Notes under the pieces: model-generated | The model's input: the letters and a program-made list of their open reading frames with translations, nothing else | Databases searched by the model: none | What the model was told of the DNA's origin: nothing | Part shown: piece by piece, positions 25,107 to 38,937 of the stretch | How the letters are laid out: each line of letters opens with the position of its first letter | How positions within the stretch are numbered: the stretch's first letter is position 1 | Translations under genes and position numbers: made by a program | NCBI RefSeq assembly: GCF_009914755.1 | Contig: NC_060926.1 | Length of the DNA stretch: 64,000 nt | Reading direction: 5' to 3' (one strand) | DNA from: the human T2T-CHM13v2.0 reference genome, Homo sapiens

Positions 25107-25640
25107 GTAAGTCAGCAAGGCTACACTTTGCTTTCAGAAACATTTGAAAGAGGGACATTTTTGCCAATTAATAGATGAATTTTTTTCCTTTATTTTCTTC
25201 CTGCTTTTCTTTGTTCTAAGGAAACATTGTTTTGAATTTAAAATAGTTTGGTTTTGGAAACACAATGTAAACTTTGTTTCTGCTCAGTTAAAATACGTTT
25301 CCCAGTTTTAAAGATACTATTTACTGTATGCTCCTGTCTTACATTGATTTTTTTTTTTATCAAAGTAATACTGCTCACTACAAACAGGACAAATGTGTAC
25401 ACTAAAAAAAAAAAAAAAAAGTCCTTCTTACTTTTCCCAGTGAACCTTCCCGGGCTTCTCTCCCGTGCACTCCAAGCCCTCATAGCTCACTCTTGTCAGC
25501 TGTTTGGCGAACCCTCTTATGCTATTTCTTTCATGCACTTTTAAGCTTTTTTGGTATTGCAGTTCCACAAACCTCGTGCTCCCCCACCTCCCTGTGCCCA
25601 GGACCTGGGGGAGAGTTCTAACCTGCGGCTTTTTCCCCAG
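25107..25640 (+). other. KCNE4: KCNE4 intron 1 (534 bp, phase 1)
   Basis: Donor TTG|GTAAGT at 25106/25107; branch-point-like CTAAC 25618-25622; pyrimidine tract and TTTTTCCCCAG| ending at 25640; splicing keeps the reading frame. Confidence 0.93.
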
Positions 25641-26420
25641 CCCCTGCTGTGGAGGCAGCCTCAATGCTGAAAATGGAGCCTCTGAACAGCACGCACCCCG
25701 GCACCGCCGCCTCCAGCAGCCCCCTGGAGTCCCGTGCGGCCGGCGGCGGCAGCGGCAATGGCAACGAGTACTTCTACATTCTGGTTGTCATGTCCTTCTA
25801 CGGCATTTTCTTGATCGGAATCATGCTGGGCTACATGAAATCCAAGAGGCGGGAGAAGAAGTCCAGCCTCCTGCTGCTGTACAAAGACGAGGAGCGGCTC
25901 TGGGGGGAGGCCATGAAGCCGCTGCCCGTGGTGTCGGGCCTGAGGTCGGTGCAGGTGCCCCTGATGCTGAACATGCTGCAGGAGAGCGTGGCGCCCGCGC
26001 TGTCCTGCACCCTCTGTTCCATGGAAGGGGACAGCGTGAGCTCCGAGTCCTCCTCCCCGGACGTGCACCTCACCATTCAGGAGGAGGGGGCAGACGATGA
26101 GCTGGAGGAGACCTCGGAGACGCCCCTCAACGAGAGCAGCGAAGGGTCCTCGGAGAACATCCATCAGAATTCCTAGCACCCCCGGGACCCCTGCGGGTGG
26201 CTCCATCAGCCAGCAACCTTAGAGAGAGGAAAGACAGTTTTCAAGTGTCTGGTTTCACTTTCACAGTGCGGCTGCCACTTTGAAGAGACCCTTGGTAAAC
26301 CCCTGATTCGGGGTGGGGTGGGGGACTAGGCTCAGCCGGAACCAGCACCTCCAAGGAGTCCGGGAGGTGCCTGTGGTTTGCACCCACCACTGAAAAAGCC
26401 GCGGAGATGCGCAGCGCGTA
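25620..26420. promoter_or_regulatory. CpG-island-like segment over KCNE4 exon 2
   Basis: High GC and dense CpG (ggcggcggcagcggc, gcgcccgcgc, gcgcagcgcg) against a CpG-depleted background; judged by eye, not computed. Confidence 0.65.
25664..26176 (+). CDS. KCNE4: KCNE4 (MiRP3) voltage-gated K+ channel regulatory subunit, 170-aa form, entirely in exon 2
   Basis: ATG 25664 to TAG 26174-26176 gives [10 protein letters not shown]...NIHQNS (170 aa). It has an N-glycosylation sequon NST, one TM helix ([22 protein letters not shown]), the KCNE-type juxtamembrane KSKRREKK, a tetraleucine L69-72 and an acidic Ser-rich tail. The sequence is recognised as human KCNE4. Confidence 0.99.
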   Translation: MLKMEPLNSTHPGTAASSSPLESRAAGGGSGNGNEYFYILVVMSFYGIFLIGIMLGYMKSKRREKKSSLLLLYKDEERLWGEAMKPLPVVSGLRSVQVPLMLNMLQESVAPALSCTLCSMEGDSVSSESSSPDVHLTIQEEGADDELEETSETPLNESSEGSSENIHQNS

Positions 26421-27621
26421 CACTGACTTTGGGGCCTGGGTGTTGGGGTTCTGATCAGAATTTGGCGGGATGATATGCTTGCCATTTTCTCACTGGATGC
26501 CCTGGGTAGCTCCTGCAGGGTCTGCCTGTTCCCAGGGCTGCCGAATGCTTAGGACACGCTGAGAGACTAGTTGTGATTTGCTATTTTGCCTAGAGCTTTG
26601 TCCTTCTAGATCTGATTGGCTGTAAGTATCTCTACTGTGTACCTGTGGCATTCCTTCACAGTGGGTTACAAGCTTCTTTTGGATTAGAGGGGGATTTTTG
26701 ATGGGAGAAAGCTGGAGATCTGAACCCAGCCCATTTGCACACTATAAGAAAAAAAAGTAACTTTTAAACCTGTTAACATTGGCCGGGGTTATAAGAGATG
26801 ATCTTCTATTTTGACCTTTTGTCTAACTTATGACCTTGAACTCTGACCTGTGACCATGCAGCATCACATGATGGCATGACGTTCTTTGGATCAGAAGAGC
26901 TTCCCCAGAATCTAACCTGCACTCCCGATGGTGGTTCAGGAGACTCTTCCTGATCTTTCTAGAAGGGGTAAAGTGGGGTTGAACAAGGCCAAGCCGTTAG
27001 CTCTGCTGCTGCTCAGTTTCCCAGCCTAGTTTTCTGAGCTGGGAGAGGACATAATGTGGTATTTCGTCACGTAGCTGAGACCTAGAAGGGCATACTCAGG
27101 CGGAGATTGCACAAAGCTGGGCTCCAAGTTCTGTGCTTCCTGATCCCGAGCCCTGACACTCATTTGCTGTGTGGTCCCGGGCATGTCATCAAGAAGCTCG
27201 CTGTCTGCATGAGGCTCCCGACGATCTCCATCCCCAGGGGGTTGGGAGGATGTCTTTAGATTTTAGGACTCTGTGATAAATATTCCACAGCCTGGTGTGA
27301 GGAAGCTTGGACCAAATGCTTCCCCTTTGGCCGGTTAGTCTGAACAAGGATCTGCTGATTTAAAGGAGCAGTTGGAGATTCAGAACACATATAACTGGGG
27401 AATTCAGGGCAAGCTACCAACCCAGCCCTGCTGTAGTTTTCCCAGGACTGAAGGAAAGAGGCAGACACCACATTCTCCTCTGCAAAGTTCTCTGGAGAAT
27501 GTGTGATGTTAACACTCCCAGCTAAGGGAAAGCAAAGTCTAAAGGAAAACACACAGGAATGCTTCCAATGTCTCCAAGTATTCCTGTGGTCAACAGTTTC
27601 GCAGATCCGTTAGGCCCTTAA

Positions 27622-28006
<385 letters not shown>

Positions 28007-28432
28007 TAAAGAAAAATGCTCTGCATGGATTGGAGACACAGCAATAACTACTGTTGCCATGGAAGGGTTAACAGTGTAGGAGCTGGTTTATCAGTCCGCT
28101 TTGACATACAGCTAAAGGAAATTTATGTTTGGGGGAAAAAGGCCCTCTGTTCACTTTAAAATTCAGTGTGGACTTATGCCAAAGGGGGCTGTTTAAGTTG
28201 AAAGAAGCCAAGTTAAGTTTGGCCTCTTGCCTGGAATCACTTGAATTCTGAAATTTCACTGCGACGGACATGTGCCTTGTCACATTTTCCATTGCTTAAT
28301 CCTGAAGTTTGGTGCAAGTCTCTCTGCACCTATTAAAAAGTGATGTATATACTTCCTTCTTATTCTGTTGAGTTGTATAGAATTGTCTTTTGTATTTAAC
28401 ACTTTGTAATTTTCACAATATTTTTTAATTTA

Positions 28433-28442
28433 AATAAATAAA
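28433..28442 (+). terminator. KCNE4 polyadenylation signal (overlapping AATAAA x2; weaker ATTAAA at 28332-28337)
   Basis: TAAATAAATAAA preceded by several TGTA (CFIm) motifs and followed by U/GU-rich sequence. Confidence 0.75.
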
Positions 28443-31269
28443 CACATTTTTTCCCTCCTGGGAAGTCATGAATTCTTTGTTTGATTTTTCAATATAATTG
28501 TTAGTTTCGAAGACATCACAGATACGTTTCCCAAGACATCTCTGGATTTTGCTCCTCTCCCAAGTCAGTATCTCCTGAGGGCGTATCTTATTTCTGTCTG
28601 AACCATGGGGTGAATGAGGCTTGGCTTTTCATCCTTTGAAATGCTTTGTAATGAATGGAAAACAAGCTGCAGATGGTCTTACATGGACTTCTCTGTTTAA
28701 ATATGGCAGCCCTGGAGTCTTTGGACTTTGAACATGCAGTGACAGGTCAACTGCTGCTAAGATGTTGCTCCAAGCTTGGTTGCAAGAAAACGTTTGACCT
28801 GTATGTTGGCTTGGCAAATATTATCCACACATGTGGCCCAGCAGCACCTGCTAATGGGCAAAGAGCTGCTGTATGAACAGCAACACAAACTTACCAACAC
28901 AGTGAAGCACGACGTGTGGGGCTGGGGTTGACTCTCCTCCCTCTCCTGGTCTCCTTCAGACTGGGACTGATTCCAGCCCCTCCCACTTGGTCTGTCTGTA
29001 TCTCTTGCCCACAGGCTGAGGCCGTGGCCAGCCTGCGGCAGCCTCTTCTTCATAATTTTATTTGCATGACCTGTTTTTGAATCAAGCAAATGGTAGGAAG
29101 CATCCTTACTTTTATGTTTCTCTGTTTCCTGTGAGATTGGCTTTTCTGTTTCAAGTAAGTGTTTCCCTTCAGTTCACTAGTAACTGTCTACCTAAAAAAT
29201 TTACCTGGCAACAGTACAGTGGAGCCTGGATCCTTCCCAAACAATATCGAGGGCCCTGATCCATCAGTTGGTACTTTGATGATGTAAGATGAGAAGATTG
29301 CTGTAAAAGGCAAGAGAGCCTTTCCATTTGTCCCAGTTTAATGTCGTTCTTCGTAAGGAAATGGTTAAGAATTTTTCTATTTTTTTAAGCCATGGGTGGA
29401 AGGAGAGGGAATTCTAAACTCTAATTGTCCTAAAAATATGCAGAGTACACTTTGTCGTTTTAATGGGATATTTGTTTTCTTTAAAAAAAAAAAAGAATTT
29501 CTAAGCAGAACCTAAGGCCCAAGGGGTTTAGTCTGTGTGGATTTACTCATGCATGTGAAAAACTGAGAGGATAATTTGGCCCTGTGCACCTAAGATATTA
29601 AAAACATATTTTGAAAGCACTTAAATGTTAGGGATGAGGTAAATGGATCATCCTGCCTGCTCCACACTGTTCTAATTACACCTTTGTACGTCAGAGTCAG
29701 GCAGGGATGTTACACAGTAGAAGATTTCTTTCACTGGTAGAATCATGGGATCAAATCTACTGGGAAAGGCTGAAGTCAGGCCAAGGAATGAATGCTCTTG
29801 GCTCATGATTCTGGTTGGAAAGTGGACCCCCTGGTGCCTTTCAGAGCTGCAACTGGAGGGTTTCATGGTCAGACATGCACTTCTAGGGTTCAGCTAAACG
29901 AGGGTAATTTATCATCCTGTAAAATGCTGCTCTGACCGTAGACATTGTGGAACAAACAGAACATTGAGCTTAAAATGTAACTTAAACTCCAGCTTCAGGC
30001 AGAGCATACTTTTGCCTCATGCCCTTTCCTTAAAGTCTGTGTACTGTGCTGAAGAAAATCACAGGACATATCATCGGTCATGGGACTAGAGGCAGAGTCT
30101 AGCGCTGGAGGGAGACCTGTCAGCCAGTTGGTCAGGATGGTGGCTCAGGCTACGCCTGAAACGCGGGGAGGTAGGGTGTAAATAGTGGCCAGTGGAGCCT
30201 CAGCCTTGTTATGTCTGGCTTTCTAGCCTAACTCTGCTACCATGTTGCTTGTAGCTCTGGGGAAGCTACCTAACCTTTCTGAGCTCTCTCTTTCAACAAG
30301 AAGACAGCATGCTGGCTTTTCTCTTTGGGGAGTTGTTCAAAGAACGGTGGAACGCCCTGAGAAATACTCAAAGAAAAGCAGATTCAGGCTTCTACTTTAA
30401 AAATGTGTCCTGGGCATGCATCTGCAAATAAAGTCACAAAACATCCTCTTCTATGGACGCTTTCCTCAGGAGACTGCTGTGTGCTCAGAAAAAGTGCACG
30501 CTTTGCCAAAGGAGAAGGGTCACAAGAGGGAAAAACCACTGTTAAATTCAGCCTTCCCCCATTTCTGAAATGTTTCCTCCCACACAGGAAGGAACAGTTT
30601 GGGATGTGTGCTGTTACCATGGAGATAACCAGCTAAGGTCACTTGATGGAAGGAGTCTGTGGCCCACTAGCATGGATCATTAGGGCCAATCTCGGGAGCT
30701 AAGGTTTTGTCCTTGGCTCAGAAAATGAGCTTTGAGCCCATGGCAGCCTCTATTCACAGGTATGGGAGGGGGTGCAGGGACAACACCGTTCTCCTTTTGT
30801 CTTGCACAAGCCTGTCCTCTCTTCATACATCCCCCTTGCATCCTTTGCAATCCCTTCCTTGCACTTGCCCTGTCACATTCGACGTAGGGCTAAGCTCTTG
30901 TTCTGCTGTTCCTATGAATTTATTTTCCTGCCTTGAATTCTCTTGCTAAGAAACATGATTGAAAAATCCTTCACATCAATAACTGTACCTCTTTCCTGTC
31001 TTTAATAGTTTTCCTTTGCTTGTCCTCTCTTTATCTAGCCTCCCTCCCTTTCTTCCTCTCTCTCATCCTTCCATTACCCAAAAGGAACAAAAAGACTAGT
31101 AGCCACAGTGCATGATACTTATTCAGCAATTTTTACAAGCCACACACCTTTGCAACCCTGCATTTTGAGCTTTTCCTCTGTTCTAGGCACTTCTCTAGGT
31201 GCTAGGAAAAAATGTAACACCTCTCTGGGGATGTTATATTTTTCCCAGCTCTTTATGGAGTAGCATTTT

Positions 31270-31475
31270 ACATATATATATATAAAATGTATATATATAG
31301 GTGTACTGGCATATATATATATACACATATATATGCATATATGTGTATATATGTATATGTATGTATATGTATATATGTATATATATGTGTATATATGTAT
31401 ATATGTGTATATATGTATATGTATATATGCATATATGTGTGTATATATATATGTATGTGTGTGTATATATATATA
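31270..31475. repeat. (TA/TG)n compound microsatellite
   Basis: ~200 bp of tatatatgtgtatatatgta. Confidence 0.95.
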
Positions 31476-31584
31476 TTTTTCTCCATGACAGACACTTTCC
31501 CTTTGATTACCTCATTTAGTCTTTCCAAGGAAACTGTGAGATAGGTCTATAATACTTTTAATCCAGGTAAGAAAGTTGAGGCTC

Positions 31585-31803
31585 CTTTAGGACTTGAGGG
31601 GAAGATGGGAGGAGGGCGAGGGATAAAAGACTACAAATAAGGTGCAGTGTCTACTGTTCAGGTGATGGGTGCACCAAAATCTCACAAATCACCACTAAAG
31701 AACTTACTCATGTAACCAAACACCACCTGTTCCCCAATAACCTATGGAAAAAATAAGAAAATAATAAATAATAAAATAAAATAAAATAAAATAGTAATAA
31801 AAA
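31585..31803 (+). mobile_element. L1PB-like 3' UTR fragment inserted in a MIR (~31500-31900, - strand)
   Basis: gggataaaagactacaaat...caccaaaatctcacaaatcaccactaaagaacttactcatgtaacc; TSD aagaaagttgaggctc 31569-31584 / aagaaaattgaggctc 31804-31819. Confidence 0.85.
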
Positions 31804-32109
31804 AAGAAAATTGAGGCTCAAGGAAGTAAATTGCTGGCCAATGAAATAAAAGATCAGGATTCAAATGCAGGTCTTCTGAGATAAAATCTGGTATTCTTTT
31901 AATCACTAGGAAGCTGACAGCACGAGACACAGAATATAGTCCCATCTCAGACTTTAGGGAGCTCTGTGACATTGCATATGTTGCTCAACCTTTCTGAGTA
32001 CATTTCCTCAAATGGAGGTAGTAATATCTTCTCTACTGTCTTCAAAACATTGTCAGAACTGCTTATAAAGCAGCTGGAAAAATTATAAGGGTCTGTGTTT
32101 GATAGAGGC

Positions 32110-32560
32110 TGTGTCTAGACATTACCAGTATTCACCAATATTCAGTTCTCTTCCTCTTCTGAGAACATGAAAGGTTCCACTTCTCAACCCCTCTCCCACT
32201 CCTCCTCTCCTATCAGCAGGGGCTAGGCAGGGCCATGTGATTCATTCTCTGTAAACAGACTACAAGTGATATATGTCACCTCTGAGCTGAGTCAGTGAAA
32301 AGTCCACATAGGATTCCCGAGTCACTCACTTCACCTGCATGTCACCAAAAAGAACATATGTTCCAGAAGATATAGGTAATGGGTGGAGCCTGTGTCAGCC
32401 TGGAATGGTGAGTTACTACATGAAAAGCAATGGCTCTGGATGGGTGCCCAAATCTGCAGCTGGCTTTGCATGAAACAATAATAAATCTAGGTTACAGTGA
32501 AAGATGGAAAAGTTGGTTTTTTTGTTACTTCACCATAATCTCACCCACCAGATTGATACA
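32110..32560 (+). mobile_element. MLT1 (J-like) LTR
   Basis: gggccatgtgattcattct...gtgatatatgtcacctctgagctg...tttgttacttcaccataatc...tgataca. Confidence 0.6.
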
Positions 32561-32650
32561 GGATATGACCGCATTTAAGAGATGCTAAATGTTGGAAGAC
32601 ACCTTCTGGATCATCTAAGCTGACCTCTCCATTTAGTGACAGGGAAATTA

Positions 32651-32985
<335 letters not shown>

Positions 32986-34024
32986 TCATGCCCACCATGG
33001 GGATTTACACCCTGTGGTGGACGTGGCCATGGAGGCCTCTTCCAAGGCTCGGTGAAGACAAAAGACCCAGATGGTCTTTTCCCTTGAGCCTCTCTCCTTG
33101 AGCTGTCCAGAGTAGCATTAAGTCATTGGTGCTGCCTCTATTTACCAGTCCTGTGAGCCTTGCTGGCAATTGGCTTCTTTTTTTCCTGGTCAAACCCTGG
33201 CACTTATTGCACTTTGTGGTAGGTTGGATCTGAGCGGGCAAGAGTAAACACATTTGCCCAAAGCTGTGCAAGGTGACATCACTGGAAACTTTAACAAAGG
33301 GGAAGAAGTCATAAATAGGAGGAGGGAAATTGTCAAACAGGTTTGAATGCAATTGCTCTGTATGAGGTGTACTGGCTTTTGGATTTTGGGTTTGTTTTTG
33401 ATTTTTGCATATTTTTCTGCTCAGCTCCAGCGCCAGAGTGGTTCACATTCAACCCTCCTCCCCCAGTGCAGAGAGCTCCCACGACTGATGACTCCTGAAG
33501 GAAAACCCTGGAGGTTCAGCTTTAGCTTGAGGTTTCAGGTAATGCAGAAACCAACAGGCACATCACCAATCATCATTTTTATAAGCTTAGCCCTGATATG
33601 GAAGGAATAATTTCTCCCTCATTTCTATCTTCCTTTTCCATTCAGTACTTCTGCCAGGATGTGTTGCCTGAATAGAGATTCTGTTTCTTTCTCAAAATCT
33701 TCTCCTTTTTAATTCTCCTCTCCCATTGTCCTCAAGCATCGATTACAGAAGAAGTTATGCTGTCTTTGCCATAGGATTATAAACTTCTTGAGACTGAGAA
33801 CCCTATAGTATTATTTTTATGTCTAAATGTCTAGTTTGAGCTGGCATTCTGCAGAAGTCTCTCTCATTATGTTCTTTTCTTCTTATTTTACATTTTCTCT
33901 TTGGGTGATCTCATCTGCCCTCAAACCTTCAACTATTAAGTAAATAATTATAACAAATGACTATCTAGTGTTTACTATGTGCCAGGCACTGTTCTCATGA
34001 CATTTAATTCTCACGACAAGCTAA

Positions 34025-34333
<309 letters not shown>

Positions 34334-35199
34334 TGATAGGGATTTTAAAGCCAGTTTTAGAGGTAAAAAAATGGAAGTACAGAGAGGTTAAGAACATTGA
34401 CCTGGTTATACAGCTATTTAGCAGAAGAATTGGGATTTGAACCTGGCAATTTGGCTCCAGAGTTAATACACCTACCTGCCTGCTGTGCTGCCTCTCCGTC
34501 TCCAGATCTTAGTCACTCAGCTGTAGCCTGGACTTCTCTCACAAGCATCAATGCCTCTGGCTGTATCCACCTATGTCCAATAAACACCTCACATTCCTGA
34601 TGTCAAAACTCAAACTCACCATCTTCCCACCAAAAACCTGTCCCTCAACTTACATTTCCCATAATCCATTAGTCACAGAACATGGGTGCAAACATGGGTC
34701 AAACTCAAGCTTCTGTCCCCTACCTTAGGTCACCAGGACCTCCCTGAAATCTCTTTCCATTCTCATGGTCATTGTTTACCCAAAAAAGTACTTCTTTAAA
34801 AAAAACAAGGCCAGAAAGTTTTTATTCTTGAAGTGAGAAAAAAAGCCATCCCTCAAAGTATGTTTATTTAAATTGATTTTGATATTTCTCAAATTTAGCA
34901 GGGTGGTCCACACTGACATCAGGATACCACCTGAAAAATAACTTATAAAACAAATCAATGAAGGATTCTCTACCCATTTGGATTTTACCTTGACAATGAG
35001 ATAGAGCTATGGAGAGCATAAAACAGGGATCTGTGTGGAGAAGAGGAAGGAGTAAAAATTCATCACAGTTTTCACAGATGCCCAGCACAGAGGATAGTCT
35101 TTTAACAGGCAGAAATATTCCTGGTGTGAAGGAAAGCAATCCATCTTGTTGGTCCAGATTGACGTAAATATTCCTCTGATCATTTGATCCCCTTGGTTT

Positions 35200-36350
35200 A
35201 GAATCATTCATTGGTTCATCCAACAGTTCTCTATTAAGTGCTGATTTTGTGACGGGCACTTCAGTACATAAGGGAGATACCAGGAATAAAAGGCTCAAAG
35301 AGAGTTCAGTCTAGTAAAAGAAGTAGCCTAGCACACAGACAACTACTAATGAGGTTGATAACTATTCACTGAGTCACTTAATATATATCCTGTCTCCTGG
35401 GGGCCCACCAATGTGATCTTGGTTCTTAAATCAGCCATAATTTCTATAAGAAATTCACAAAGCCATAGTCTGGCTTACCAGTTAGTCTCTTGTGAATTTA
35501 TTAGCATGAGTCAGGCTCCCTGTAGGCACCAAAAAATTATTTCTTTAATCAGAAAAATACCGAGGACCAGAGGAATGTTGAAACAGGAAAAGACATGATC
35601 AGAGCTGTGTTTATATAAATTAAAAAATAATTTAATCTTTGGAATGGAGCATGCAAGGCACTAGATGGACAGTGACAAAAACCCAGTCTCTATCATCACG
35701 TTGCTTGTAATTTTTTTCCATTCTGTAAGATGGATTGAGGAAGAGAGTTAAATAAAAACAGGGTTCTACGTGAGACAAGTGCCTGAAGTGGGGCAATGGC
35801 AGGTGAAATGAAGACATAGAAGCTAGAAATACTGAGGAGTTGAAATTGACAGGATTTTGCAACCAGTCAAATATTAGAGCTTGAAGGGGAGAGTTGAGTC
35901 TGTAATTGAGAGAGTGGAAGTGCAAATAATAAAAATCCTTTCCAGGACTTACTGTGTTGGGCATTTTGAGTTGGAGGTGCTGACATGATATCCAGAAAGC
36001 ATTTGGAAAATCAGTATGGAAATTTTTTGATAAGCTGGCACCACAGACAGTGATTTGGGAGCCTCTCACATAGACACAGGTCCTAAAAATCTTGAGCACA
36101 ACTGAAATAGCCAAAGGTGAGTAGGACTGGAGAGGAAGGCAAAGAACAGCCCCTCAGGGAGCAGTGAATTATTGGGGGCTGGGAGAGGAAAGGGAGAAAG
36201 AGGAGGAGCAGTTCAAGAAGTAAAATCAGCATGGCAGAATGCTCAGGAACTGAGCAAGCAGAGATTTTCTAGAAAGTGGAGGTGGTCAGCCATAGAGAAA
36301 TGAGGTTGCGGGAGGGGAAGAATCTTCCTTTTGATGACTTGCAGGTGATT
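35200..36350 (-). mobile_element. L2 fragments (discontinuous)
   Basis: attcattcattggttcatccaacag..., gttgaaattgacaggattttgc, ttttgagttggaggtgctgacatgatatccag. Confidence 0.5.
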
Positions 36351-36374
36351 AGTACCTAAGATGCAGGTTTTTTT

Positions 36375-36378
<4 letters not shown>

Positions 36379-36421
<43 letters not shown>
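36379..36421. repeat. (TG)n
   Basis: ~21 TG units. Confidence 0.95.
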
Positions 36422-36423
<2 letters not shown>

Positions 36424-36424
36424 T

Positions 36425-36685
36425 AGCTTTATTTTTTTTTCCAACTTTTATATTTTAGAACAGCGGGTACATGTGCAGGTTTGTTACATGGGTATATTGC
36501 ATGATGCTGAGGTTTGGAACACATTACCCAGCTAGTGAGCATAGCACCCTCTAGGTAGTTATTTTCCATCTTTACCCCTCATCCTCCCTCCTCACTCTTG
36601 ACTTCCCAGTGACTACTGTTTTCATTTTTATGACCCGTGTACCCAACTTATAAATGAGAACATGTGGTATTTGGTTTTCTGTTTC
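36425..36685 (-). mobile_element. L1PA/PB 3' UTR fragment
   Basis: ggtacatgtgcaggtttgttacatgggtatattgcatgatgctgaggtttgg...gagaacatgtggtatttggttttctg. Confidence 0.9.
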
Positions 36686-38892
36686 AAGAGGCAGAATTTG
36701 TAGAGTAGCTGGATAGAGATATCATAGGTATAAAAGACTGATGCCTGTTGAGGGATAGGTCATTGTCATTATAAACTAACTCACGAAGTTTGGTTGTGAA
36801 AAGCAAAGTACTGTATCCTCTGTCTAATTCAAGGAGTCAGAATTACAGCCCTCTTTCTTTTTTACTTGCCATTGACTGCCACTTGGTTTAGGTTGCAGAT
36901 AAACTTTCCCTCCTTTTGGTGGTATGGGATGACTGTTCCTTTCTGTATTTCTGTAGGGACTGACGTTTTCCCAGGTTCATAGTGGATTTCTTTGAAAGTT
37001 ATCCAGGGAGAATGTTAAGCCAGCCTGGAGAAGTTGCCTGGCGTTGTGTTATAGGGCTGCTTTGGAAAGCAGGGAATAAAAGTGACATAACATTCTCTCT
37101 CTCTCTCTGCAAACATCAGAGTGCATATACTTTGCTGCCAAATCTCTGCCTTTCCATGATTTTCTCTTCAGGTTATATAAAAAAGCACCAAAGACAACAG
37201 AGTGACCTTGTATTTAGGATTGCCCTGAATTTTTATATTTCTCTAAGGTGATTTTTATTCAGGAACACAATTTTTCTAGGTGCTTGAAAATTGATTGGGT
37301 GTATGATTGTATGTAATGGTGCTTTTTAATCTGGAACATGTCATAATGAAGTCAAGATGTTATTTTAGCTGATTATGTTTAATTTCTGGGTGTTGAGAAA
37401 CTGATTACAGTACCTTTTGTGTATATTGGTTGTAATTCAAATTGCCTTAATAAAAGCAGGTTTCTGAAGAAGTGAGTGGATGAAAATATTCTTGTAGAGA
37501 GTAGATAATATTAAAATCATAGTCACTTTGTGGGCTTCCACCATTATAAAAATGTAGCATTAAAAACTGCTGTCTGGTTTAAAACCCTCCTTGCATTTCC
37601 TAATAGGGGTCCACAAAGAGATAGAGATCGGTCCTACAAAATCACACACAAACAAGATGGCCATCTCCAACTTGTAAAGGAAAGTGGCTTTAGGTGGCCC
37701 AGGGACTGATATTATAGACCAGAGAAGCAATGGTGCACCAAGAACCAGAGCAGATGAATTGAAGCTATTTGTAATAATTTCATAGTTTAATAAATAGGTA
37801 ATAAAAAATTTATTTTGTGGCACTAATAATTAACTATTAGGACTTTGACAGCTTAAAATCATCTGAAAAGGAGAAGGCTAAAGGAATATTATTATATTTC
37901 AATTTAAAAAATGTAATTTTGGTCTTCAAATAAAGTAAACTATACTTTTAAAACAAAGACCAAATTAGGAAAAAAACTAGAACTGCCATGTGAATTTAAA
38001 ATGTTGGTACTTTACTACTGGAAATCATATTTTTAGTAGAAAATGGGGCCTGATTTTACTTCAGGGATTAGGTTCTAAAATCAGAGTGTAAGGCAAAATT
38101 TATCCTTGAAAGCCCTTTCTTTAAGTGCTCTTAAAATTCCGGGACTTGGTTACTTTCAAGGTTGAAAGTTAAGAATAAACTTATGTGGTTTCTTACACGG
38201 CTTCAGTCATAGCCTCCCTTTTTCTGGGCCAGTAGAGTTTGAGGGAGATGTCGAATAGGCGAAAAGTCTCTGTTTCTCTTACACACACACATACACACAC
38301 ACACAGCCGTAAATGTAGTGTCCCTATTCTAGACTTTGCTGTAAAAGAGATGAATTATTTCTCAGTATTATAGTTGTTTTCTGTCCTAAAATCAATCCAT
38401 GTTGCACTTCTATGCTGTCCTTCCATGTCACCCAACTAAGAGGCACTGCAAAGTAGCCATGGTCTTGACTACAGATGTGACAGGAGCATAGTCCCAAGGA
38501 AAACAATATGGTTTTCTGAGACATCTTTCCAAAACGCCGCAAGAGGTGTCCAAAGTGTTTAAGATCTACAGTTTCAGTGGTCACTGCCTTTGCATCCTGA
38601 GTTATACGTGTGGTGCGTTAACATTTAGTGAATGTCCATTAAGTGTCCCTTTTAATATTTAATCTCATTTGATCCTCACAATGGCCCTATACTGTTCATC
38701 TTACACGCAAGAAATTGGGGCTTTGGGAAGCATCCAAGGTCACATTATTACTAAGGGGCATAGTTAGGATTTGTTCTAACTATGCATCTAACTGATACAA
38801 ACACATGTATTTTTTTTCTACTCTGCATTATAGTCTTTCCTCTTTTTCCACAAAATGATAGTAAAATTATGTAATTATTGTTCCCCCTGATG

Positions 38893-38937
38893 TGAGGTTT
38901 CACTTAAATTCATTTATATGAGGTTTCACTTAAATTC
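38893..38937. repeat. 19-bp direct duplication tgaggtttcacttaaattc
   Basis: Exact copies at 38893-38911 and 38919-38937. Confidence 0.85.

Noticed and set aside
25504-26100. 198-aa alternative-frame ORF overlapping KCNE4
   Set aside because: Its start codons lie in the intron and it has no Met in the exon-2 portion; stop-poor GC-rich sequence explains its length.
25661-26206. 181-aa antisense ORF over KCNE4
   Set aside because: Typical shadow of a GC-rich CDS with C/G-ending codons; no recognisable domain or independent splice/poly(A) support.
26745-26757. A-rich run in the 3' UTR as a possible mRNA end
   Set aside because: No canonical hexamer upstream; more likely an oligo-dT internal priming site.
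31268-31544. Tyr/Ile/Cys-rich ORFs
   Set aside because: Translations of the TA/TG microsatellite.
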